Assembly: GCA_046290225.1 (NCBI GenBank)
Contig: JBKAGE010000076.1
Location: 1-64,000 of the forward strand
Direction: 5' to 3'
DNA: 64,000 bases
Origin: Bradymonadia bacterium
GTDB lineage: Bacteria > Myxococcota_A > Bradymonadia > UBA7976 > UBA1532
Shown: piece by piece, positions 52,843-63,443 of the stretch
How the letters are laid out: the number at the start of each line of letters is the position of its first letter
Numbering within the stretch: the first letter of the stretch is position 1
The notes under the pieces: model-generated
Database searches by the model: none
What the model was told of the DNA's origin: nothing
Seen by the model: only the letters and a program-made list of their open reading frames with translations
Position numbers and translations under genes: made by a program

Positions 52843-54195
52843 ATGAACGGACACGCCCCCCGCATCCGCGGTGAATCAGCTCTGCGCCGGGTCAAATCGC
52901 CCCGCATGGTGGGCAAGATGGCCCGGGCCCTCGCCTGGATCATCCCCGGCGGCATCCTCACCATGGCCTTCGTGCCCTGGCAGCAGACCGCCAAGGGCTT
53001 CGGCCGCGTGATCGCCTACGCCCCCCTGGAGCGCACCCAGGCCATCACGGCTCCCCTCGACGGCCGCGTGACCGAATGGAAGGTCCAGGAAGGCGACCTC
53101 GTCAATGAGGGCGATCTCATGGCGGTGATCGCCGACAACGATCCTGATCTGCTCGATCGCTTGGGACAGGAGCTTACGGCAGTCAAGACGTCCATCCACG
53201 CCAACCAGGCCTCTGCCCATGCCCTCGAGAAGCAGATCGAAGCTCTGGAAGAGGCCCGTACGCTGGCGCTCTCCGCCGCAGAGGCCAACGTCAAGGTGGC
53301 TCAGCAGAAGGTCCGGGCCCAGAAGCGCGCCCTCGAGGCAGAGCAGGCGGTGTATCGCACGGCGAAGCTCAATCTGACCCGCCGGGAGAAACTGGGCAAA
53401 GAGGGGCTGGTCTCACAGCGTGATCTCGAGCTCGCCGAGCTGTCTGCGGCGAAGGCCCGGACCTCGGTGGCCAAAGCCAAGGCTGCCCTCGAAGCAGCAC
53501 GGGGCTCGGTGCTGAGCAAAGAGGCCGAGCGAGAGCAGAAAGCCGCTGACAACCTCGCCAAGATCGCCAAGGTTCGGTCTTCGCTGGAGAAAGCGCGCTC
53601 TGACCTGGCCAAAGCCAACGCCGATCGGATCAAGGTGGAGACGAAGCTTGCCCGTCAGGCCCGCATGGAGGTCCGGGCCCCGAGAGACGGCACGGTGCTG
53701 CGCCTCATCGTCCGGGCCAACACCGAGTTCGTGAGCCCTGGTGATCCCATCGCCACCCTGGTGCCCGAGAGCACCGATCGGGCGGTGGAGCTCTGGGTGT
53801 CGGGGAACGACGCGCCGCTGGCAGCGCCCGGGCGCAAGGTGCGCCTGCAGTTCGAAGGCTGGCCTGCGGTGCAGTTCTCTGGCTGGCCCTCGGTGGCCGT
53901 GGGCACCTTCGGCGGCGTCGTGGCCTTCGCCGACGCCACCGCCGACGCCTCCGGCCGGTTCCGGGTGGTGGTCCGCCCTGATCCGGACGACAACCCCTGG
54001 CCCGTGGACAACACCTTGCGTCAGGGGGTCCGGGCCAATGGCTGGGTGCTCCTCGATCAGGTCACCATCGGCTTCGAGCTGTGGCGTCAGCTCAACGGCT
54101 TCCCCGCCTCGGTCCCCGCAGATGATCCGCTGCTGCAGACCGGCGACAAAGACGGCAAGAAAAAGAAGAAGAAAAAGAAGAAGGACGACAAGTGA
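52843..54195 (+). CDS. HlyD-family membrane fusion protein
   Basis: TM, PWQQ, lipoyl-like APLDGRV...VQEGD, coiled coil, VRLQFEGWPAVQFSGWP. Confidence 0.92.
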   Translation: MNGHAPRIRGESALRRVKSPRMVGKMARALAWIIPGGILTMAFVPWQQTAKGFGRVIAYAPLERTQAITAPLDGRVTEWKVQEGDLVNEGDLMAVIADNDPDLLDRLGQELTAVKTSIHANQASAHALEKQIEALEEARTLALSAAEANVKVAQQKVRAQKRALEAEQAVYRTAKLNLTRREKLGKEGLVSQRDLELAELSAAKARTSVAKAKAALEAARGSVLSKEAEREQKAADNLAKIAKVRSSLEKARSDLAKANADRIKVETKLARQARMEVRAPRDGTVLRLIVRANTEFVSPGDPIATLVPESTDRAVELWVSGNDAPLAAPGRKVRLQFEGWPAVQFSGWPSVAVGTFGGVVAFADATADASGRFRVVVRPDPDDNPWPVDNTLRQGVRANGWVLLDQVTIGFELWRQLNGFPASVPADDPLLQTGDKDGKKKKKKKKKDDK

Positions 54196-55781
54196 TCACA
54201 TCGTGGTGTCTGGTGGCCTTGCTGGGCGCCCCCCCTGTGGGTGACGTGCCTGCAGCAGATGTGTCACCTGCGGATGCGCTCACAACCAGCAAACCTGCTG
54301 GCAAAGAATCTTCTGACAAGACCCCCTCTCGCGAGGTGCCCTCCAAGGACAACCTGCCTCGAGTCGACAAGTTGCCTCGACCGTCTTCGCTCGACGTCTT
54401 CGAAGAAGATCTGCTCGCTGTCGAGAGCGGCACCCTCACCTCGGGTGAAGCGCTGACGCTGAACCAGGTGATGGGCACGGTGGATGATCATCACCCGATG
54501 CTCCGGGCAGCACAGGGCAAGATCGACGAGGCCGAGGGCAAGCGCTTCTCTGCAGAGGGTGGCTTCGATCTCAAGCTGAAGGCTGGCCAGAAGCTGATCC
54601 CCTTCGGCAAGGACGAGTACGGCCACACCGAAGCCATGGTGGAGCAGCCCACCACCTTGTGGGGCACCACCTTCTTCGGCGGCTACCGTCGCAGCAGCGG
54701 CGAGGTGCCTGCCTACGCTGGCGATCTGGAAACAGTGGGGGCCGGTGAGGCCGTGGTGGGGGCGAAGATCCCCCTGTGGCAGGGTGGCGCCATCGATCGT
54801 CAGCGCGCCGACTTGCAGCAGACCGGTCTCGGTATCCGCATCGCCGAGCTGAGCCGACAGAAGATGCAGCTGAAGCTCTACGGCGGCGCCGCAGAGGCCT
54901 ACTGGAAGTGGGTGGCCGCCGGCCACGTGTTGCGCATCAGGCAGCATCTGCTCGAGGTGGCCCAGCTGCGCATGAAGCAAATCGAAGATCGCGTCGCCCG
55001 TGGTGATTTGCCGGAGATCGATCGCATCGACAACCAGCGCTCGATCTTGAAGCGCGAGTCGAGCCGGGTGAAGGCCACCCGAAAACTGCAGGAGGCGGCC
55101 CTCAAGCTCTCGCTGTACGTGAGAGATGGCGACGGTCGCCCACGGCAGCCGCTGCTCAAGAGCCTGCCCCCCAAGATCCCCATGGCGCCTGATCTGCCGG
55201 CCACCGAGGTGGGCGGCGACGTCGAGGCCGCTCAACGCCGCCGACCAGAGCCGGCGCAGATCGAGCTGGCCCGAGATCAGCTGCAAATCGAGGTGGATCT
55301 CGCCGACAACCAGACGGCCCCTCAGATCGACTTCACCGTGGCGGGCATCGAGCCCCTCGAGGAAGACAAGAAGTTCAAGACCGAGCTCGAAGCCGGGGTG
55401 AAGTTCACCATGCCCCTGCAGCGCCGCAAGGCCCGGGGTAAGCGCGCGGCCGCTCAGGCCGCCAAGACCCAGCTCGAGGCTGAATCCACCTTCCTCAACG
55501 AGCGTATCGCCGTCGAGGTGGCCGACGCCCGCTCGGCCCTCGAAGCCGCCGCCCAGCAGGTCGAGGTGGCCCGTCAGGAGCTGAAGGTGAGCCGCCTCGT
55601 GGAAGACGCAGAGCACACCCGCCTCGATCTGGGGGCGAGCACGCTTCTGGTGGTGAACTTGCGGGAGCAGGCCACCGCCGACGCCGCCGAGCGCTTCGTA
55701 CAGGCCCTCGCCGAGCAGCACATCGCCTACGCCCGCTGGCGGCTGGCTCAAGGTGTGTGGGTGCCCGAGCCCAGGCAGTGA
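54192..55781 (+). CDS. TolC-family outer membrane protein
   Basis: Two OEP-like repeats (AEAYWKW...GDLPEID; LGASTLLVVNLRE); follows the ABC and HlyD genes. Confidence 0.9.
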   Translation: MITSWCLVALLGAPPVGDVPAADVSPADALTTSKPAGKESSDKTPSREVPSKDNLPRVDKLPRPSSLDVFEEDLLAVESGTLTSGEALTLNQVMGTVDDHHPMLRAAQGKIDEAEGKRFSAEGGFDLKLKAGQKLIPFGKDEYGHTEAMVEQPTTLWGTTFFGGYRRSSGEVPAYAGDLETVGAGEAVVGAKIPLWQGGAIDRQRADLQQTGLGIRIAELSRQKMQLKLYGGAAEAYWKWVAAGHVLRIRQHLLEVAQLRMKQIEDRVARGDLPEIDRIDNQRSILKRESSRVKATRKLQEAALKLSLYVRDGDGRPRQPLLKSLPPKIPMAPDLPATEVGGDVEAAQRRRPEPAQIELARDQLQIEVDLADNQTAPQIDFTVAGIEPLEEDKKFKTELEAGVKFTMPLQRRKARGKRAAAQAAKTQLEAESTFLNERIAVEVADARSALEAAAQQVEVARQELKVSRLVEDAEHTRLDLGASTLLVVNLREQATADAAERFVQALAEQHIAYARWRLAQGVWVPEPRQ

Positions 55782-55788
55782 TCGCCCC

Positions 55789-56937
55789 TCAACGCTGAGC
55801 GAGCATCGCCTTGGCCCACGCCCGCACCACCGCCGCAGCCAGCTCACCCTGCTTCAGCCCCGCCGCATGGCGCTCCACACGACGAAATGCGGCCTCGAGA
55901 TCTGATTTCGATACTCCGAAGTACAACCGCTCGAAAGTATCCTGGGCCTGCCCCAGACGCACACGATATGCCGCCATCTCTGGTGCGTTGGCGCTGGCGA
56001 GCGCGATGAGGGAGACAGCATGGCCTACATGCACCTTGGCCTCGGGTACGCGCCCAGTTTGTGATCGCTGCACCGCGAGCATCAACAACGCCTCCCCCCA
56101 CTGCAGCTGCATGGCCGGATCTTCCGGGTGCTGCTCGTAGAGCCCACGGGCGAGCAGCTCTGCCTCTTCGAGAGTCTCCGCAGCCTGGGGGAACGCCTTC
56201 TCGGCCATGTACAAGCGCCCCACCTGAAGCAAGGTGTGGCACAGGCGCTCTCGGTGCACCGACTTGCCAGGCTCGGCTTCGAGGATGGCCCGGGAGATCT
56301 TTGAAGCCTCGACATAGGTCTGCTGCCCAGCGAGGTTGTCACCTCCCATCACCTGAGCGCCAGCGATGCCCCTCAGCGCGTTGGCCCGCATGACCATGGT
56401 CTCAGGAGATGATCCCTGCACGAGCATCAGCATCTGGGCCTGTTGGTCGAGGTTGCGATAGGCCGCCATGGCTTTGCCGGCCTGCTTCAAGGCGATGTGG
56501 ACGTCGCCGAGTCGACGAAAGGTGGCCCCCAACATGTGCCGCCACGCCAGGGCGGTGTTCGTGGGCAACGTCAGCAGCGACTGCATCTCGGTGATGGCCG
56601 CGGTGAAGTGATTCACCGCCTGCGCGTAGGCACCGTTGTTCTTCGCCATGATGCCCAGGCGGCCGTGGTAACGGAACACGAGCTCTCGGGCCACGAGATC
56701 GTCGGGCTTCACCTTCAAGTGACGGCGGGTGTCGGCGAGGCCCTGGCGATATCGCTTCTCAGCAGCAGCCTCGTCTCGATCGAAGAGCGCGTCGCCTTCA
56801 GCGATGCCCGCCTTTGCACGGGCCAGCAGCAGATCTGTCTCAGAGGTTGTGGGAGGCACTGCGGGGCCAGCCAGGGCAGGGCTCCGAGGTGGAGAGATCG
56901 CGCCCATCAGCGCTGCGAGACAGCAGACAACCCTCAT
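55789..56937 (-). CDS. Secreted TPR-like helical repeat protein
   Basis: Signal peptide and repeated LG...A...Y/F helical pairs. Confidence 0.7.
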   Translation of the reverse strand: MRVVCCLAALMGAISPPRSPALAGPAVPPTTSETDLLLARAKAGIAEGDALFDRDEAAAEKRYRQGLADTRRHLKVKPDDLVARELVFRYHGRLGIMAKNNGAYAQAVNHFTAAITEMQSLLTLPTNTALAWRHMLGATFRRLGDVHIALKQAGKAMAAYRNLDQQAQMLMLVQGSSPETMVMRANALRGIAGAQVMGGDNLAGQQTYVEASKISRAILEAEPGKSVHRERLCHTLLQVGRLYMAEKAFPQAAETLEEAELLARGLYEQHPEDPAMQLQWGEALLMLAVQRSQTGRVPEAKVHVGHAVSLIALASANAPEMAAYRVRLGQAQDTFERLYFGVSKSDLEAAFRRVERHAAGLKQGELAAAVVRAWAKAMLAQR

Positions 56938-56996
56938 CGATGCTCCTGGAAGGATCCGCGGAGCAAACGATCAACAGAGGCGGCCCATTCTGCCAA

Positions 56997-59900
56997 TCAT
57001 CGAGGCAACGCGATCAGGCGGAACCGTTCCCATGCATGATTGCTCGGGCGGTTGGCCACCAACGGCTCACCACCGCCATTCTCTGCGGTGACGAACTGCT
57101 GTGTCGTCGCCGTGCGGAGCGAGATCGTGCCATCGGCGTTGGGCACGAGGTCGAAGCGCTCATGGGACAGAATCCAGCTGCGATCAGCGAGGAGCTGCCC
57201 ACCACCACCGTTCACCGCCCTGACATACTCACCGTCGTGACGCAGCGCGATCTCGAGCCCACCGAGGTTGACGAAGTCGAAGGTGGTCGAGGCGTCGACC
57301 TGCGTCCCGGTGAGGGCGATGCCATTGGGCGTCACCTGCACATAGCGGCCGTCTACCCCCTGAATCGCCACTGGGGTGCCTGCCAGATCGACGAGGGTGA
57401 AGCGGGTGTCCTGGGCCCCTTGCGCCCCATCGGCGACGAGCAGGCCGTCCTCACCATCACGCAGGTGGTGCGCCCCGCCCGTGCTCAGCGCCACGAAGCC
57501 AAAGCCCAGCTCGATCAAGTCGAACTTCTCCCACGACCTGAGCCACCGCGCGTCGCTGTACACCTCACCGTCATCCCCACCTTCGACCCCGACGAAGCGG
57601 CCGTTGGGCAACCGCAAGCCCACCTGTTCTTCACCCACGGACACCATCTGTAGAGGCAACGGTGCGATGGCGTCGGAGATCATGCTGCCGTCGGGATCCT
57701 GCCCGACGAAGAAGCCCTCGGCGGTCTGCAGCGCCACAGGACCTGCGTCGAGGGCCTGCAGCTCGAACATCTCCCAGAAGCCCACATCTGCCTGATAGGC
57801 GAGGATCTCACCGTCCGGGCTGACACCCACGTATCGATCATGGACCGTGCGCAGCGCCACACGGCCGTTCCCCTGAGGCTCCAAGGTGAAGATCTCCCAG
57901 GGGCCGATCCACGGCGTGTGCACAGTGAGTGATCCCCACAGATCATCTTCGGCGGTGATGAAGTGGCCGTTGTCGCCCTTGAAAGCCACCTGATTGTTGC
58001 CGAGCTCGATCATCTCGAAGGTGCTGCTCTCGTCGAGGTAGGGCATATCGGCTTCGGGGTGGTCGCCCCACGAGAACACGGTGGTCTGCCCGATGCCCAT
58101 GTCGATGAGAAACTGCAGGTGCACGTATCGATGGTTTCGGGCCATGAGGGCCACCTTGCGCCCGGAGCGCGACACCGACGCATAGGCCTCGGGGTCGAAC
58201 ATGTTCAGCGCGCCCTGGCCGCCGATGGCCTCACTCACCGAGAGGGTGTGGCCCGCTTCCCCAAAGGGGGCGGCGGACCAGACATCCCGGTCGAAGAAAC
58301 AGAAGTCGTCGAGATCTTCCACAAAGCCTGCGCCAGGGCCCTCACCGACATTGTTGTGGCCCAACCCGCTGAGGGCTCTGCACACCTGCATGCCCGCCGG
58401 GGGCTGGGGCTGATCCGCCGAGCCATAGACCTCGATCTGACGAGAGAGACCACAGCCGTTCACGTGATCCATGAGCCCGCCAGGGACCAGCGCCGAAGGG
58501 GCCGGCAAATGATCGGCGGATCGGTCGAGATACAGCGTGTGGGTCCCCGCGGCGGGATACACCTGGATGTGGTGGCCACCCTGGAAGATCGGATCACTGA
58601 TCGCGAGGTGTGCACACGATGCGTGCGTGCACTCGGCGCCGGAGCCTGCCACCCACCGATGACGATCACCCACCTGAGCGCTCACGAGGGTGAACATCGA
58701 CTGACCCGCATGCTCGGTCCGCCGCACGTGCAGCTTCACAGTGGCCGTGTCGCGCCAGTGCGCAGCTGTGTCCAAGGGCAGGTAGCCACCGTCCTGTTCG
58801 AAGAGCATGAGGTAGCGCAGCTGCACGATCTCACCAGCCTCACCGAGATCTCGAATGGGGCTCACCCGGAGCAGGGTCGCGGGCTCGTGGGGTCGCCGAG
58901 CGTGCTCGTCGCTGTCGAAACGTACGTAGGGGGCGAAGTACTGCCCCAAGGCGTTCTCCACTGCATCGGCGAGGCCGTCGCCATCGGCATCGGCCTGATC
59001 GGCAAAGGCAGGGGGCGTGTACGTCAGGCCTGGGCGCTGCTCGGTCTGGATGACCCTGTACGCGTAGACGTCATCGGTGGCCACCATCGCGATCAGCTCG
59101 TCCTTGCCGTCTTCGTCGATGTCGTACGCCGTGAGCGCCGCCGCTGCGGTGTGCTCGAGGCTGGGGATGTGCCATGTGTCCTCAAAGGCCCCTGCCACAC
59201 CACTGCCGTGCAGCTGATGGCTGATCTTGAGCCTCAGCTCTTCCCGGCCACACGGCGCATCGTTGGCCAGCAACGCCAGCCCGGGCGCCCCGTCGCCGTC
59301 GAAGTCACCGATGGCGATGCCCGCACCGCGGGCTACATCACCGAGACCCGCGATTTCCACCTGATGACCCATCGACCCCGGGGCGCCGAGGGCGCCGAGA
59401 TCTCGAGCCACTCGATACCGGAAGCTGTTGGGCCCGTTGGGGTTGTCGTAGGCCATGACCAGCATCTCGGGACTGCCGTTGCCGTCGAGATCCGCGGTGC
59501 TGATGCCCGCCCCTTGAGCCTCGTTGCCCAGCCCGGGCAGCGTCAGCACGTCGCTCTGATCGAGTGTGTTGAAGAGGCCACCCCCGCTGGTGGCGTAGAC
59601 CTGGTAGCGGAAGCTGTTGGCGCCCTGGGGGTTGTCGTTGGCCATGAAGATCAGCTCGTCATAGCCATCCTGGTTCAGATCGATCAGCTCGACGCCGGCC
59701 CCTTGACCCTGATGCCCGAAGCCGTTCATGACCGTGTGCCAGTCCCAGTCATCCGTGTGCCCGGCATGATCGAGGTTCCACCCGATGCGCACATAGAACT
59801 GATTGGGGCCGCTGTGGGGATCCCCGTTCTCGTCGAGATAGACCACCGCCACGAGATCGGGCCGGGGATCGTCGTCGAGTTGCCCCACGGCCACCCCAGC

Positions 59901-60575
59901 CCCCTGTGGCGTGCCGGAAATCTGCTCGATGGTGTGCCACTGCGTGGTCGTGTAGCACTCGGTCCCGGAGCTGATGGCGCCCGACTGCACCGACCAGCAT
60001 CGCTGAGCGCTCGGGGTCAGGGTGACTTCGGGTGTATAGCTGCACACCTCATCCTCACCGGGGCACCCGGCTTCGGCCCGGGTGACGGTCTTCACGGCCT
60101 GCTCACCGAGATCGGTGGTGACGGTCAGCTGAAAGTCATCGTCACCGATCCCCGACGTCCAGGTATAGGTCGGGCGCGGGCTGGTGGACGCCACCAGGGG
60201 CGAGAGGAGGGTGGGCTCTGAGGCGCCCAGAGAGAACGACATCCACTCGGAGACAGGCCCGTCGCCCATGCCCCAGGGCTTCACCTGCCATTGCCCATCA
60301 CCGGGCACGTCGAAGTCGACGCCCGCCACGGCGCAGATCCTACGCGCCTCGGAGCAGTGGGCACTCGCGGAGAACCACGTGCCCTGGTTGCCATCAGGGT
60401 GCAGGATCGTGAGCCTGTACCAGAGCGCGTCTTCTACATGAGTCCAGACAAAGTTGAGGCGCTCTGGCGCCACCCCCTGATCCCCCATGGGTCCCAGAAG
60501 GGTGGGCGCCTCTTGAGGCTGCGCCATGGCCGCGGCCCCCCAGAGCGTCATCAACGCGAGTGTGGGTTTGAACAT
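56997..60575 (-). CDS. Large secreted protein with FG-GAP/VCBS-like repeats and three fascin-like beta-trefoil domains
   Basis: Signal peptide; DxDGDG/DLNQDGYDEL repeats; C-terminal VAL+xxxGx(Y/F)V...WExF repeats. Start ATG 60575 with a GGAG RBS. Confidence 0.82.
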   Translation of the reverse strand: MFKPTLALMTLWGAAAMAQPQEAPTLLGPMGDQGVAPERLNFVWTHVEDALWYRLTILHPDGNQGTWFSASAHCSEARRICAVAGVDFDVPGDGQWQVKPWGMGDGPVSEWMSFSLGASEPTLLSPLVASTSPRPTYTWTSGIGDDDFQLTVTTDLGEQAVKTVTRAEAGCPGEDEVCSYTPEVTLTPSAQRCWSVQSGAISSGTECYTTTQWHTIEQISGTPQGAGVAVGQLDDDPRPDLVAVVYLDENGDPHSGPNQFYVRIGWNLDHAGHTDDWDWHTVMNGFGHQGQGAGVELIDLNQDGYDELIFMANDNPQGANSFRYQVYATSGGGLFNTLDQSDVLTLPGLGNEAQGAGISTADLDGNGSPEMLVMAYDNPNGPNSFRYRVARDLGALGAPGSMGHQVEIAGLGDVARGAGIAIGDFDGDGAPGLALLANDAPCGREELRLKISHQLHGSGVAGAFEDTWHIPSLEHTAAAALTAYDIDEDGKDELIAMVATDDVYAYRVIQTEQRPGLTYTPPAFADQADADGDGLADAVENALGQYFAPYVRFDSDEHARRPHEPATLLRVSPIRDLGEAGEIVQLRYLMLFEQDGGYLPLDTAAHWRDTATVKLHVRRTEHAGQSMFTLVSAQVGDRHRWVAGSGAECTHASCAHLAISDPIFQGGHHIQVYPAAGTHTLYLDRSADHLPAPSALVPGGLMDHVNGCGLSRQIEVYGSADQPQPPAGMQVCRALSGLGHNNVGEGPGAGFVEDLDDFCFFDRDVWSAAPFGEAGHTLSVSEAIGGQGALNMFDPEAYASVSRSGRKVALMARNHRYVHLQFLIDMGIGQTTVFSWGDHPEADMPYLDESSTFEMIELGNNQVAFKGDNGHFITAEDDLWGSLTVHTPWIGPWEIFTLEPQGNGRVALRTVHDRYVGVSPDGEILAYQADVGFWEMFELQALDAGPVALQTAEGFFVGQDPDGSMISDAIAPLPLQMVSVGEEQVGLRLPNGRFVGVEGGDDGEVYSDARWLRSWEKFDLIELGFGFVALSTGGAHHLRDGEDGLLVADGAQGAQDTRFTLVDLAGTPVAIQGVDGRYVQVTPNGIALTGTQVDASTTFDFVNLGGLEIALRHDGEYVRAVNGGGGQLLADRSWILSHERFDLVPNADGTISLRTATTQQFVTAENGGGEPLVANRPSNHAWERFRLIALPR

Positions 60576-60786
60576 CTCGGCTTCTCCATCAACGTTGCGG
60601 CCCGAGGGGCCTGATCGCCGATTACAAAGCCGGTGGGGTTTTCTTTCGCCGAGGTGAAAAATCACGAGCGCTTTCATACGCCCAAGTGGGCAACCGCCTC
60701 ATCTACCGTCCTGGTGGCGACGGTCGCAGAGAGCACGAAGCATGGTGTAAGGTCCCGCGCCATCCAGGGTCTAAGTTGAGGACCCC

Positions 60787-63213
60787 TTGATCAATCGGAA
60801 AGCCACACCGGTGAACGCCGCCCCCAATACACGCTGGTCGCTCACGCTGAGCACCCTGTTGCTGTTGTCGCTCCCAGTGACCCTGCTGCTGGCCCATGCC
60901 GCGGAATACATGCCCTTTGTCGCCGACGATGCGCTGATCTCGTTGCGGTATGCCGATCGGCTGCTCGCGGGTGAGGGACTGAACTGGACCGCAGGGGCCC
61001 CAGTGGAGGGCTATTCGAACCTGCTCTGGATTCTGCTCGACGCTGCTCTGGGGGTCTTGGGTGTCGATCTCATCGACGGCGCTCGATTGTTGGGGATGGC
61101 CAGCACCGTGGGGGTGTTGTGGGCCATGGGGCGTCTGCACGGTGGCGGGGGTTTGCCTGGCCTACTGGCGATCTGGGTGGCTGGGGCGGCCTTTGTGCTG
61201 TGTGGTCCGGTGGCGATCTGGGCCATCGGCGGCCTCGAGCAGCCCCTCGTGGCATTTCTGCTGGCCTGGGGCGTGGTCCGGTGGGGCTCGATCTCGGCGA
61301 CGACCACGCTGCGCGAGGCCATCTCTGCAGGCATCCCCCTGGGCTTGCTGTGTCTGACCCGACCTGACGGCGCTCTGCTGGCGGGGCTCTTCGGCCTCAC
61401 CCTCGTCATCCTCGACCGGGGCCGAAAGCGGGCTTGGCGCCAAGCGGTGGGGCTGGGTCTCTGGCCCGTGGGGCTCACCCTCGCCCAGCTGATCTTCAGG
61501 CTGGCCTACTACGACGACTGGGTCCCCAACACAGCCCACCTCAAAGCCAGCTGGACCTCGGTACGCTTCTGGGAGGGGGTCGATTACATCATCGCCGGCC
61601 TCGAAGGCTGCGCCCCTCTGGCGCTGTTGAGCACTCTGGGCATCTATGCCGCCATCTGTGGGCACCGGCGCCGAGAGGCGGTGCTGTTGGTGGTCGTGTC
61701 GGTGGTGTGGCTGGGCTATGTGGCCTCGGTAGGCGGCGACATCTTCCCCGCTCACCGGCACCTGCTCCCCGCGCTGGCCTGCTTTGCTCTGCTCTCGGCG
61801 AGCGGCATCCGGTGGCTCACCACCGATCTCGCCCCCAAACACGTGGGGGCCTGGGGTCTGATGTCGGTGGCCCTGCTGTACGGCCACTACGCCCTCCAGG
61901 GCCACGACTTCGCCAACAAGCGCGCCAAGATGGAGCGCTGGGAGTGGGACGGCCTGACCATCGGGCCCATGCTCCGCGCCGCCATCGGTGATCGAGATCC
62001 GCTGCTGGCCGTGACCGCCGCCGGCGCCCTGCCCTACTTCTCGGGCTTCCGCAGTCTCGATATGCAGGGCCTCAACGACCGGCACATCGCCCAGCAGCCT
62101 CCACAAAAGGGCGCATGGCTCGCCCATGATCGAGGCGACGGCAAATACGTGCTCGATCAGAAGCCCGATCTCATGGTCTTCGGTGGCGTGATCGGCGGAC
62201 CGCCGAAGTTCGTCTCCGGCAGTCAGATGTACCGGGACAAACGGCTCAAGCGTCACTACCGCATGATCACCCTCGAGGGCTTCGACCCGCACCGGGCGGT
62301 GAGCCGCCCCTGGGTGCGCCTCGATGGTGCCCTGGGCCTGCAGATCTCACCCGATCGCGTCGAGGTGCCCGGGCACTTCTTCTCCGAGTCGGTGGGCCAG
62401 CCCCTGAGCGATGGGCGCCTCGGCGCCCGGTTCACTGAAGACACCCCCGCCGAGAGCCTGCACGTTCAACTCTCCCCCGGCCCGTGGCAGGTGGAGATCA
62501 TGCCTCCGGAGGCGAATCTGCAGGTGGAGATCGTCAATGTGGGCGATCAGCCCGCGCAGGCAGTGGCTGGGCCCAAAGGGGGCATACAGATCGCGAAGAC
62601 GCAGCGTGTTCAGCTGCGGCTCACCGCCCGCAGGGCAGACACCGTGGTGTCGAGCATCGCCCTGGTGAAGCGATCTTTCGGAGGACAACGACGATCCCTC
62701 GCCCCCAAGGCGTCGGTGACGCTTCACACGCCGAAGCTCACCCCCCGAACCATGGTGAAGGTGATCGGCAGCTTCAAAGAAGGCCTCGACGGCTGGCACG
62801 TCTCGGGCGACGCCTTTGAGCGGAACCCTCACCACGGCCCCAAGGGCAAGTACAGCAAACGGCAAAAAGGCATGAAGGGCTACACAGGCCCCATGCTCAA
62901 CACGTACCACGGCGAAGATGGGGACGAGGCCCGCGGGTGGGCCTCGAGCCCGACCTTCACCCCAGAGCAGGGGCAGATTCTGGAGTTCCGCATCGGCGGC
63001 GGCGACAACCGGGTGGAGCTGCAATTGCTCGATGTGGCCGACGGCATCGAGCGCCCGGTGATGGCCTGGACCGGCCCGCGCTCAGAAGCGCTGGAGACCC
63101 GCCGGTATGACCTCTCTCTTCATGCAGGCCGCACACTTCGGCTGAAGCTGGTAGACGACGCCGACCTCGGCTGGGGACACATCACCCTCGATGAAGTTCA
63201 AATCCTCCGTTGA
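60787..63213 (+). CDS. GT-C-like multi-pass membrane glycosyltransferase with extracellular C-terminal domains
   Basis: DDALISLRYA...VEGYSNLLW, GLE, TRPDG, PNT, GGD, AGALPYF, DMQGLND; about 11 TM segments. Confidence 0.78.
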   Translation: MINRKATPVNAAPNTRWSLTLSTLLLLSLPVTLLLAHAAEYMPFVADDALISLRYADRLLAGEGLNWTAGAPVEGYSNLLWILLDAALGVLGVDLIDGARLLGMASTVGVLWAMGRLHGGGGLPGLLAIWVAGAAFVLCGPVAIWAIGGLEQPLVAFLLAWGVVRWGSISATTTLREAISAGIPLGLLCLTRPDGALLAGLFGLTLVILDRGRKRAWRQAVGLGLWPVGLTLAQLIFRLAYYDDWVPNTAHLKASWTSVRFWEGVDYIIAGLEGCAPLALLSTLGIYAAICGHRRREAVLLVVVSVVWLGYVASVGGDIFPAHRHLLPALACFALLSASGIRWLTTDLAPKHVGAWGLMSVALLYGHYALQGHDFANKRAKMERWEWDGLTIGPMLRAAIGDRDPLLAVTAAGALPYFSGFRSLDMQGLNDRHIAQQPPQKGAWLAHDRGDGKYVLDQKPDLMVFGGVIGGPPKFVSGSQMYRDKRLKRHYRMITLEGFDPHRAVSRPWVRLDGALGLQISPDRVEVPGHFFSESVGQPLSDGRLGARFTEDTPAESLHVQLSPGPWQVEIMPPEANLQVEIVNVGDQPAQAVAGPKGGIQIAKTQRVQLRLTARRADTVVSSIALVKRSFGGQRRSLAPKASVTLHTPKLTPRTMVKVIGSFKEGLDGWHVSGDAFERNPHHGPKGKYSKRQKGMKGYTGPMLNTYHGEDGDEARGWASSPTFTPEQGQILEFRIGGGDNRVELQLLDVADGIERPVMAWTGPRSEALETRRYDLSLHAGRTLRLKLVDDADLGWGHITLDEVQILR

Positions 63214-63443
63214 GGCTTTCTCCTGAATGGCACCCGGCCCATTGCAGTCTTGGGCTCGGGGCAGCGACCACAATCGGGAAAATCATCTCGAAGAATATTC
63301 AACAGAAGGGAAAAGAATCGCTTGGCCCCCCTGTAAACACCCACCAGAGCCCCCTGCCTCTCCTGTATTTATATCTATGGAAATGTAGGGGTCTTGGAAG
63401 CGCGGACAGAAACAGGTAACAGAAGGACTCTCTGGGGAGAGAG

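Noticed and set aside
57963..60221. Long opposite-strand ORFs (this 752-aa one, also 22475-24247, 12438-14120, 54264-55847, 28783-30450)
   Set aside because: Antisense shadows of well-supported genes, expected in high-GC3 DNA; they show no protein motifs.
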